The position numbers were made by a program, and so were the translations under genes. DNA of 20,000 bases, taken from assembly GCA_000934665.2 (NCBI GenBank), contig KZ538450.1:49597-69596 (forward strand). The letters run 5' to 3'. Below, in pieces: positions 10,703 to 20,000 of the stretch. The DNA is from Catajapyx aquilonaris. Lineage: Eukaryota. The notes beneath the pieces are model-generated. The model did not search any database, had not been told where the DNA came from, and saw nothing but the letters and a program-made list of their open reading frames with translations. The stretch's first letter is position 1. The number at the start of each line of letters is the position of its first letter.

Positions 10703-10936
10703 TAAATCAGTTGGCTAATCCTCCAAAAGATATGCTGTATTCATCAAGCTGGTGGCCTGCATGCTCAATGCCTGTAAAGCAGCTTGCTCTACTACCTGCA
10801 TTTACACAAATTAGTTACATGGTTGTAAGGCATTTGTAATGCAGTGTACCATTCATATCTATTCATTTCATATGGCTGGCCAATTGCTATAGAAAAATGA
10901 TTTAATTCAGTATTTTTCCATTTCCTGATCTCCACT

Positions 10937-11220
10937 GGGTTCAGTGGGGCTTAACGTCGGCCTATTTCTGCCTCTAAGGCTCAACACCAATGCCAGGGGG
11001 TGGTCCTCCTCCTGGAAATTTGGCCCGCTCTGGGGATCTTGAACGTGCACTCGCGCAATGTCACAAGCACACGGGACCGACGGCTTTACTTCCCCTCCGA
11101 AGGAAGGCGCACTCTCACTTTTCTACCACCCAGAGAAAAGTCACCGACCTCGGCCGGGTTCGAACCCACAACCTTGGGACCAGAGGCAAGCACGCTAACC
11201 ACTAGTCCACCAAGGCCGGC
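10937..11220 (-). mobile_element. Full-length tRNA-derived SINE with Nin/Deu-like central domain
   Basis: Minus strand: A-box region TGGACTAGTGG, B box GGTTCGAACCC, then CCTTCGGAGGGGAAGTAAAGCCGTCGGTCCC...GCACGTTCAAGATCCC; perfect 14-bp TSD TCCTGATCTCCACT (10923-10936, 11221-11234). Confidence 0.9.
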
Positions 11221-11629
11221 TCCTGATCTCCACTATGAATTTTTTCCGGGATGGCCTTCCCTTCTGTTATTTCGTGGAGATGCCATCAGGCAGCAACAGA
11301 CATGTGAGAATTCACTTCTGGAATTGTTGCATAAGAATTTTGCTGTATAAAGGCAACTTCATGGGTTGAAAAGTGAGGCGTTGACTATAACAGAACTGAG
11401 GCTTTTTACAAAGAACTACCTCTAATTATTTTCAAAGTGTTGCATAAAGTCTTGTTTTGACAAACAAGTTTTTAATACCTTCATCCCTGAAATGGGTTTT
11501 CTTTCTGATAAAACTTATAACAGGAAGGTCCAAATTCAGTCAAATAAATCCAGCTGGATGACACTTGCTATGAATTGCATATAAAACCAAACCAACAATT
11601 TACGACAAGCGCAACCACTGAATTCAAAT

Positions 11630-11876
11630 GAAGAGCACAGGGGAAAAACGGGGAATGTCACATTCCGTTGGGGGTTCCTGCCAAGAGCACAGTACCATAG
11701 TAGCATAGATGACACTTATACCTGGAGGCTTTCCATGGGTACAAGGGTGACAGTTGCATATAATGACGTGAAGATATCCCTATTATTCTTTAGACACGTG
11801 AAGAAATAAAGCTATTTCTTCAATTTTTCATGGACATTTTTTCTGTGACATTACCCGTTATTCCCCTGTGCTCTTC
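11630..11876. mobile_element. MITE with 4-bp AAAT TSD (Sola-like)
   Basis: TIR GAAGAGCACAGGGGAAAAACGGGGAATGTCACA / TGTGACATTACCCGTTATTCCCCTGTGCTCTTC; AAAT at 11626-11629 and 11877-11880. Confidence 0.8.
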
Positions 11877-13628
11877 AAATGAGTTCCGCGCTCCCTGCCC
11901 TTAACAGCATTTAACTTGTGTTTCTGCTTATCAGTGTAGAAAAATGCCATCCTTCTGCGGTCATGAAACTGTTTATCCTTGCCTAGAAACATAAACGTAA
12001 CAATGACATGGCATTTGTAAGAACGTACCTATAGCCAAGAACTGAGCTTCTAACATGTCTGAAACTCTTCAATCTACTACACAACTCATCAGTGCCACAC
12101 CAGATATTGGCTACAAGTATATATGATACAGTCCAAGTGCACTAATAATTACATTGATATGTAATTACAGTCATTATTGGCTACTACATCCTACATGAAA
12201 GCCAGTGCAGTTGCACATACCACAGTAATTCTGTTTAATCACAATAGGGCGTGAAAATACTTGAAAATTCCACACCAAACTAGAGGCCTGCAACAGCTAA
12301 TCCTTTCACCATGTCAGTCATACAGGCACCGAGGTCTCAACCGGCTCAGCCACTGCGCCATTTTTGCAAGTCTCAGAACAACATTGCGATTGCGTAACAT
12401 TAAAAATCGCCGCTACTGTAACACTGAAATGTAAATGATATGAACATATTAATTTGGAGCATACTGCCCTTGCATGGACCGAATCCGGTCACTAAATGGT
12501 GGAACCTGTGCTGAACATAGAGTCAGCTCACTAGTCACTACGGTGTGATGTGTGGTGTGTGATGAGTGGTAACTACAAGGAACCGTTATTCAAAATAATA
12601 ACGTTGGTGTCCATCCAGAGGATTGGAATTAGGACTAGGTGAACAATTGGCCGCTTGGCGACCCCTAGGAGGCGGAAGAATTCGAAAAAGTACGGCTACC
12701 TGCCAAGCACGTTGCCCAGTGAATGTCGGGGTTGCGACAGTAGCTGCACCGCCGTCCCATGTATGAAAGTCACGTTGGAGCAGGGCTCCAAGCCCTGTCT
12801 GAAGGGGTCCAACTCGGCTCATCGGGAGGTGATGCTGCATAATTATGATCCTGGAGTTATATTGGCACATACTGACATGTATGAAAAAGTGATTACCATA
12901 GTAACTCAGCTATATCAGCAATCAGATGAGGAGGCCGGTCATCAGCGTCACTGTACCATCACACTGCACCACATCGTGCTACCTGCACCGACTCCATATT
13001 GGAAACCACAACACTCAACCGGATTTTCTTCGATGTTCCAGGGATGTTCTCCCTTCTCCGTTCCAGTGTGGTGCGCACACGGTGGGTGCGCACATAGGCG
13101 ACTTCTGAACCGTTCTGAACCGATTCAAATCTAGTCTTCTCCAAGGCAGTGCTTCAAAACTTCAAATAAGGTGACCAGACGTGCTGAATTTTAATTATGT
13201 CGCCGGCACAACGCACATTAGCTATTCATTGTCCTTATTTTACTGCAGCTGGGTCCGGACAGCTAGGTCAGTGAGGTCACCCACCAGCCGCTAGGAACCA
13301 CCTAGAAAAGCCGGGTAGCGACATCAGCGCCAAATTCCGGGTAGTGGAGAGCAGGCTCACGCAAATGGGGAGAGAGTTTCCCAGAGTTTCCAGACTTGTG
13401 TGATATAATGCCAAAATAATGACTGGCATGAGTTACTTTCAAGTTACTTTGCCACTTTGGAGTGCTCTGTAATTTCCCATTATAATATCTGTTTCCTCAC
13501 TGCCCTGTGGTTTCCTCCAATAACAAAGAACCGCTTGATTACACACAGTTTATAGCACTTGCATGAAGCATGGTGAATATAGTAGCCTACTAATAGTAGC
13601 ATTACATTTTGCAGTGCTTGTGGATGTA

Positions 13629-13846
13629 CACCCGCGAGCATAAAGATGGAGACGGCAGGCCCTCACCTTCGGCAGGCTGCTCTGCCAAGTGCAGCTATTA
13701 CGGTGTCAAATATAGGCTACTGTCATAAATACACACGAGCACATTTCTGATGCAGCTAACTCGGTCCAAAAAGAGTTCATTAATTTGAGTCGGATAAAGA
13801 AAGGTCAAAAAAGGGCCTGACGTCTCCATCTTTATGCTCACGGTGG
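13629..13846. mobile_element. Tc1/mariner-like MITE
   Basis: TIR core GAGCATAAAGATGGAGACG / CGTCTCCATCTTTATGCTC; TA flanks at 13627-13628 and 13847-13848. Confidence 0.85.
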
Positions 13847-13850
13847 TACA

Positions 13851-14544
13851 TAGTTGAATCCGGATATAACAGACTTCAATAATAAGGGACCAAGGAAATC
13901 AGTATGTTATATAACCGAGGTCTGTTATAGCCAAATCGCCAAGTTTTCTGCTTTCCACATGCCTATTAGCCTATATATATAATGTGTATACACTGATGTA
14001 CGTATCTATATCGCTCAAAAACATACAGACGATTTTGCATGTCAATGTCACTCAATACAGCCTGCACTTGAATCAAATGCAAAATCGTCTATGTTTTTGA
14101 GTGATATAGTACACACTTCTACTGTATACTGATTAATGAAACTATCAAAAAATTCGTAAATTAGGCAGGACCAAAAAATCCGCTATTTTCTCCTGCCGTA
14201 CTCTCCTTATCTTGCCAAATATACCAGAAACGGTCTGATTTTGACCTTTTCAACAAGTGTTAAATCAGTGACAGCAATGACAGGTGGGAAAATCACCCCC
14301 TGACAGGCTTTCCTCTCATAGGAAAGGAACCTGAGTAATCAAAAACAGCATATTTTCCCTTCAAAGGGCCAAGAAATGGTCTGTTATAGCTGATGATGTG
14401 AGGTGAAATTATAGTCTGTTATATCCAGAGTGAAAATACACAGGGCTGTGCACAGGACCTTATGGAAGTTCGCCAGGACTGATCTTTCGAGTCTGTTAAC
14501 AGAAAGTCTGTTACAGCTAAGGCTGTTATATCCGGATTCAACTG
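13851..14544. mobile_element. pogo/Tigger-like non-autonomous element
   Basis: TIR (C/T)AGTTGAATCCGGATATAACAG / CTGTTATATCCGGATTCAACTG|TA; repeated subterminal TCTGTTA motifs. Confidence 0.85.
13989..14128. repeat. Small hairpin element nested in the Tigger-like element
   Basis: CTATATCGCTCAAAAACATACAGACGATTTTGCAT vs ATGCAAAATCGTCTATGTTTTTGAGTGATATAG; outer ends approximate. Confidence 0.7.
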
Positions 14545-14575
14545 TATTACTCTTGTTGCACAGTAAATGAGTTAT

Positions 14576-14700
14576 GGCCGGTTTCACCGAGCCCGGTTTT
14601 GATAAAACCCCACGTTCTTTCAGAAAATCCCTGTAAATAGAATATGGATTTTCCAAAAGAACCAGGGTTTTTATCATAACCAAGCTTGGTGAAACCGGCC
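14576..14700. mobile_element. PIF/Harbinger- or ISL2EU-like hairpin MITE
   Basis: GGCCGGTTTCACC / GGTGAAACCGGCC flanked by AT on both sides; symmetry extends to 14569-14707. Confidence 0.8.
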
Positions 14701-14718
14701 ATAACTCTGTACTATTAA

Positions 14719-14886
14719 CCGCAAAAGTATTTTGGGCACTGTTATGTGATGGTCTCCGCAACTTGTTGTTTAGCATAGGTTGTGGATTCCGGAATATTGC
14801 AAATTAACATCCGTAACTCGGCAACGCCCATGCTAAACAACAAGTCGCGGACGCCATCACATAACAGTGCGGCATTACTTTTGAGG
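14719..14886. mobile_element. TTAA-flanked hairpin MITE (piggyBac-like)
   Basis: TTAA|CCGCAAAAGTA...GCACTGTTATGTGATGG...ACTTGTTGTTTAGCAT mirrored by ATGCTAAACAACAAGT...CCATCACATAACAGTGC...TACTTTTGAGG|TTAA. Confidence 0.8.
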
Positions 14887-15866
14887 TTAATAGTAGGCTA
14901 CCATATAATTATAGTATCTGTCCTTGTTGTAATAATGATGCAAGCTAACATTCAAAACATTTCCCAGTTACACATTAAAAATATACTCGTAACGTGTTTT
15001 GTTTCACTTGTTACGCTCTATTGTAATTTTATAGTCGCAACTGTAATAAATGCTCAAGTAAAATTATAATTAATTAATTAATTATCTCCTTTTTTAAAAA
15101 AAAATTAAAAAATATATGAAAAATAAAACCTTCGGTTCAGTTAACGTTGGGGTTGGGGTGGTATTGCCTGCCCTCCCCTACAACGTCACAGGTGCTTGGC
15201 GCAGTATAGCCATTGCTGCTGTTGCGCCAATAAGCCATTACTCAATCAACTCAATCAACCCAGTTACACACATTCCAATGTTTTACACACAAACCTCAAA
15301 TGTTCACCAAATATACTGTAGTAGAAAGTATAGCCTACTGTACAATGCAGAAGTGCCAAAAGTCATTTGGATAGCAATAACTTGTGTAAATTGTTAAAGT
15401 GATGCCACTATATACTGTCCCATATATGGCTTGGTGTAGAAAAACCCAGACCTGTACCGGTATCAATAATTGAGAGGTGTTATAATGTGACACAGGGCTG
15501 AATCGCATCCACTTACAATGCAGGAGGTATGAGATGCATATCCAGCCGGTTAGTGCAGCATTCTTTAGCTTCCATGTCATTGTGCCATGCCAATTCAGAT
15601 AAGGCAGTGCAGTGGTAGGCATTGCCTTGTATTGTTATACAATAATTATAACTTAAGGACCAAATCTGGATGTATACACTGGTTGCCATCTGGTTTCCAC
15701 TTCAGGTCATATTTACATATACCACCTACCATTGCTACCCTCATGCTGCACTACAGACATCTAGCATAAAGGTTGTATACACCAGTCTTGTTTCTGATGT
15801 CAGAAAAAATATCTTGGCCTCTTGCTGCTTGGCTGATGCCACATTGATTTAGCATTACATTCCACA

Positions 15867-16661
15867 GGCCAAGGTCATAAGTTTCCGAATGGGTTTCTCG
15901 TGGCATTTTCTACACAAAACGAAGGTGGAACCAGGGTACTGTTAAGACACATTGACAGATTGCAATTCAATCACTAGACACAGTGGCAGCGTGCCTTTGT
16001 TCAGGACCCCTCCGTCAAAAAGACCGTCCAGTCAGATATGGCAGCTTCTGGTAATCAGTTTTTGAACCATGGAAGGTGTTGGGAGTAGCTACATAAATCA
16101 GTCGTTGCATGAGTACCATGGGTGGAATTTTCGTCGTACTACTAGTTGCTTTTAACTTAGCAGTACCAATGTAATGCAATGGTACTGCTAAGTTAAAAGG
16201 AACTAGCAGTAGGACGAAAATTCCACCCATGTGTGCAAACTGTGTCTTTGCCACTCTTAAAGGAGTTTCCTTGGCCCTCAGCTTGCCCTGGCCTGGAATC
16301 ATGAGTCAATGATGGCCACCCCTCTGAACCCCTTAATCCAGGCTTAAACATGTGACAAAGACATGAAGTTTTAGTACAGTACACAGTACTCATATGGCAA
16401 TGGATTTCTATACTCTCGACACCTTCCGCTGTCCAAGAATGGATTACCACTTGCTGCTCAATGTTTGAGGCCTCCACATCTGACTTAACAGTCTTTTTGA
16501 TGGGGTGTCCTGACAAAGGCACACTGCCACTGTCACATACTGTATATCATTGAATTGCAATCTGTCAGTGCATCATAACACTACACCAGTACTGTACCAC
16601 CTTCGTTTTGTGTAGAAGATACCGTGAGAAATCCACTTGTCAATTTGCTATGACCCTGGCT
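15867..16661. mobile_element. Foldback element with about 250-bp imperfect arms, superfamily unresolved
   Basis: GCCAAGGTCATA / TATGACCCTGGC ends; TTCTACACAAAACGAAGGTGG, TGACAGATTGCAATTCAAT and ATGAGTAC are all mirrored; no clear TSD. Confidence 0.8.
16120..16228. mobile_element. Near-perfect hairpin MITE (ISL2EU/Harbinger-like, AT flanks) nested in the foldback element
   Basis: AT|GGGTGGAATTTTCGTC...TTTTAACTTAGCAGTACCA / TGGTACTGCTAAGTTAAAA...GACGAAAATTCCACCC|AT; absent from the opposite arm of the host element. Confidence 0.85.
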
Positions 16662-17145
16662 CGTTTGCATTTTCTGCTTCAAGATCCTGGTTGCATGTGG
16701 AAACCTGGCTGACAGCACCTTCGAGGCATGTGGTGACTCTCCTCTCGTACTGCAACATATGTGACCCATGTTGCAGCTGTGACAACTCAGTTGGATATGA
16801 ACTGGCGATGGACACAAGGAATTGACAAGGAATTGAAGGAAAGCAGCATCAATATCATAATTGGTACATGGCTGGAATAATAGCAGTCCCTTGCATATTT
16901 TTCCGGCATGGGAGGAGCAGGCACATTCACCTGGCACCCCACCATGAGAATGAGTGCGAATCCAAATGCTGCAGGAGTCAGAGCCACCTTCTGGTGCACC
17001 AATTATGACATGGTCAGCCCAAGATGAATGTTAAGTTATTCTTGCGATTGTTACCACTGTTAACTGAGAGTGAGTGGCACTGTGGATGACCTGTGACGGG
17101 TCTGCCCGGGCCTGTCCTCTGCTTACACTAATAGTGCATTGCATC

Positions 17146-17847
17146 CAGTGCCAGATTTACCCCCTCGGCCGCCCCTAGGCAGTTGNNNNNCCCCCCCCCC
17201 CCCTCATCCCCCCAATGCCGCTTAAAACCCCAATTTTTTGTCGAGTTTTCTGCTTAATTTCATTTTATATGAGATAAAAATTTATATTTCAACTATTTCA
17301 ACTTATGGCCGCCCCCGTATAGGCCTAATGGCAAATCCGGCGCTGGGAACCCCCCGACGAAATTTCTGAATTTAAATTTTTTTTTCACCTTTATTTCCGA
17401 TTATTATTGTAGCAGGTATTTGAAAAATATTTATTGCAACTTGCAGCCGCCCTTAGGCAATTCCCTACTCTGCCCAATGGTAAATCCGGTGCTGCTTCCA
17501 CTCGCTTCATTGAGTACGTTTACATGGGACTAAAAATCGGCCTGACCCAGGCTTCCTAAGCAAGGCCATCGCCTTAGGTAGACCACCCGATCCAAAAGGC
17601 TTGGGCTGCGCCCGACAACGGCTCAGATATGGCCGGTCTATCGTGGGCCCAGTGGCTACGTGGGAGTAAACCGGTTCGCCTAGCATAGGCGGCCGTAGCT
17701 AGGCCGATTTTTAGTCCCATGTAAACGTACTCATTATTGATTATGAATTTTTCGCTTACTTTTTTTTTGCATGCCTAAATTTGCCGCCCCTTGAAATCTG
17801 CCGCCCTAGGCAACTGCCTAGGTTGCCTTGCCGTAAATCCGGCGCTG
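17146..17847. mobile_element. Composite hAT-like element
   Basis: CAGTGCCAGATTTAC / GTAAATCCGGCGCTG; perfect 8-bp TSD ATTGCATC (17138-17145, 17848-17855); GCCGCCCC subterminal motifs; contains an N run. Confidence 0.88.
17512..17732. mobile_element. PIF/Harbinger-like MITE nested in the hAT element
   Basis: Perfect TIR GAGTACGTTTACATGGGACTAAAAATCGGCCT and its reverse complement; 3-bp ATT on both sides. Confidence 0.88.
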
Positions 17848-18137
17848 ATTGCATCAGAATAAGTGGGTGGGTGATGGGAGATCATTTTGAGCAAGTGCAT
17901 TATTATCCCACTCATCACTTTCCAGGATGACTCAGGATGAAGTTACCAAATGGTCAGGAACTAGTCCAGTATGCTCTTCTTCTCATTGAATGTCATCTAC
18001 TCCCAATCAAGGTTGGAGGCATGCAAGTGTCAATCTCTAAGTAAATACAGGGTGAAGGGAAACTCGCGGACAATCGCCAGGTAAACTTATAGTACTTGCA
18101 AAACTAATAATTATAGGGATGTACAATTAGTATTGGC

Positions 18138-18485
18138 ACCGAAGCAGTAGTGGTGGAGTGGATAGGGTATCCGACTGCTAATCGGGAGGTCCTGGGTTCG
18201 AATCCCGGAGGCCGGCGACCCTGACCATGGTTTTCTGTGGTTTCCCATGGTATTTGCAGGATAATTCCGGGGTCGTTACCGTAATATAGGCCACAGCCGC
18301 TTCCTTCCTTCCCTTTCCCTGCTTCATTTCAGATGATGAGAAAATAGTAAAAAATGGAAGAGTTCCAGACAAAAAAAATTAGGAGAAATCCCCCCCTAGG
18401 AAGGCCCGTAGGCTGATAATGGGGTATCAAATTATTATTTAATTATATTAAAATTATTATTAAATTATATTATTATAATTATTAT
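18138..18485 (+). mobile_element. Full-length tRNA-derived SINE (Talua-like body) with AT-rich tail
   Basis: A box TGGTGGAGTGG, B box GGTTCGAATCC, body GGTTTTCTGTGGTTTCCC...TAGGCCACAGCCGCTTCCTTCC, (ATT)-rich tail; 16-bp TSD TACAATTAGTATTGGC (18122-18137, 18486-18501). Confidence 0.9.
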
Positions 18486-19958
18486 TACAATTAGTATTGG
18501 CTCTGTATAGTAGTTAATGCTGATGGTGGAATATGAGGCAAAAATGACAAAGTGCATGGGTGTTGTACCCAAATTCTTCCTCTGATGGGATTTAATCGCT
18601 TTTTGCACATGGACGATGTATTACGGGACCAAGGCAAGAGACCGGAGGCCCTCAAGCTGACTTTTGCTTCTTAGAAGCTGGCGCAACGGATGTGATGTCA
18701 CGAAACTTTTGACGGCGCCGTACGCATTAACCAAGCAACGGACCCCAAAACTAATTGCACATCCTTATATTAGTTTTACGAGTGCTATCAGTCTCCTTGG
18801 CGATTGTCCACGAGTTTCCCTTCACCCTGTATAGCCTTACCCTTTTTACCATCAGCACTTCCCTCACATTACTTATTGGCAGACACGAGCGTATCAGATT
18901 CCTTCCCAACCATTTGGTAACTTCATCCTGAGTTATCATGGGAAGTTACGTGTGATGAAAATGCAGCACTTCCTCAAAATGATCTCCCCTAACCCCACTT
19001 ATTCCGATGCAATGCACTATTGGTGTAAGCAGGCAGACCGTAGTGGGTTGCCCACGTCACTCACTGTTTGTAAACAATGGCAACAATAGCAAGAATACAG
19101 TAGCACTCGTCTTGGGCTGACCATGTCATAACCGGTGTATGAGAAGGCAGCTACGACTCGAGCAGCTTTTGAATTCGCTCTCGTCCTCGCAGGGTGCCAG
19201 GTGAACATGTCCGCACTGCCTACGCCGGAAAGATATGCAAGAGACTGCTATGTCCAGCAATTTCCTGGAAGAGGAAGGATTTGTTGCAGAGGGGACCCGT
19301 TGTCCTCCACAACAATGCTTGCTGTCACGTGGCAAGTGCTATTTGGCAACTACTTCAGAAATGGGAATGGGAGGTGTTGGAACATCCTCCCTCCCTATTC
19401 ACCTGTGACTAGATCTGTCCCTGAAACTGAAGAAACCCCATGGCTTTCGTTTCCGAATGAGGGAAGGGCAGTCTCTGAGTGACATCTCCACAAACGACAC
19501 TGCTGACAGCATTCGAAAACTTCCAGGGATATGGCAAAATGTCAAGAATGGCTGGGGACTACAACTTCAAGGGAACGTGCAGCAGTGTCGCAAATAACTA
19601 AATCGAAAATTTAAGACTTTTTAAAATGTTTTATTTCCCTCATACGACATAATGGCTCACTTGATCTCCTTCACCTGCAAGCCTGCAATGAACAAGAACA
19701 TATTAGTAATGCAGAAAAGTTACATTTGCTGTAGTAGTCTTAATAATAAACAGTGGCACAACTAATCGACACTACCCTAACATTGGACATGACATGAACT
19801 CTAAGCCCACGAACCCCATACAATTCGAATCGTTACACAGAACTGGAATGGGAGTATGTCAATAAGTGCATCTGAGGCAACTGGAGTGAATGTAAAACAA
19901 AGCCATTTGGACCTGAGGCAACTGATGAGACACTCAGTAGCAGACATATTTCCATTAA

Positions 19959-20000
19959 AGGGACACTCCACTCAAAATACAAGTTGGGTTCTAAAAATCG
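19959..20000. mobile_element. Possible left terminus of a Kolobok-like element running off the window
   Basis: TTAA|AGGGACACTCCAC motif only; the partner end is not visible. Confidence 0.25.

Larger units (their letters stand above)
16870..19260. repeat. Large diverged inverted repeat: left arm about 16870-18530 (interrupted by a hAT element and a SINE), right arm about 18715-19260
   Basis: Colinear reverse-complement blocks, e.g. TTATGACATGGTCAGCCCAAGA, TTCACCTGGCACCC, ACTCAGGATGAAGTTACCAAATGGT, TACAGGGTGAAGGGAAACTCG. Confidence 0.85.

Noticed and set aside
10120..10839. Paired similar ORFs (…HQVYWQKMFLS / HEVYWQKRFLS) as a duplicated gene
   Set aside because: They are the two arms of one foldback MITE read on opposite strands; the same applies to 14384-15069 and 16015-16302.
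12029..12110. Possible non-coding STRAD 5' exon (ttgtag ... AG|gtacgt)
   Set aside because: Splice-like motifs alone are common; there is no other support without transcript data.
12323..12360. tRNA/SINE-like head on the minus strand (TGGCGCAGTGGCTGAGCCGG)
   Set aside because: No B box, body or TSD; too short to call.
17186..17203. N run followed by poly-C
   Set aside because: Assembly or sequencing gap at a homopolymer; not interpretable.
18138..18215. tRNA genes here and at 11150-11220
   Set aside because: A and B boxes are followed by SINE bodies and flanked by TSDs; I saw no complete cloverleaf.
1..20000. CRISPR array, operon, prophage or other prokaryotic defence system
   Set aside because: No regularly spaced direct repeats or gene-dense ORFs; spliceosomal introns, SINEs and MITEs show this is an animal genome.

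Overview
Eukaryotic (animal, probably arthropod/hexapod) genomic DNA, not prokaryotic. The only host gene I can support is a minus-strand STRAD (STE20-related kinase adaptor, LKB1-activating pseudokinase) gene. I reconstruct seven coding exons (9421-9323, 5904-5680, 5619-5387, 5329-5158, 4797-4602, 4490-4221, 1492-1431) with consistent splice phases, giving about 418 aa ending in the MO25-binding-type WDF* motif. The model needs one non-canonical GC-AG intron and contains a 60-nt in-frame, stop-free intron. The rest is a dense mosaic of non-autonomous mobile elements: about 16 MITE/foldback elements whose termini and target-site duplications point to hAT, PIF/Harbinger-ISL2EU, Tc1/mariner-pogo, piggyBac, Sola and possibly Kolobok groups, three tRNA-derived SINEs and one 5'-truncated LINE. 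Several are nested, and there is a large diverged inverted repeat at about 16.9-19.3 kb. I found no convincing evidence of a wholly new biological system. The most interesting items are splicing and N-terminal features of STRAD and the unusual repeat architectures. TE superfamily labels rest on termini/TSD patterns only; no database search was run.
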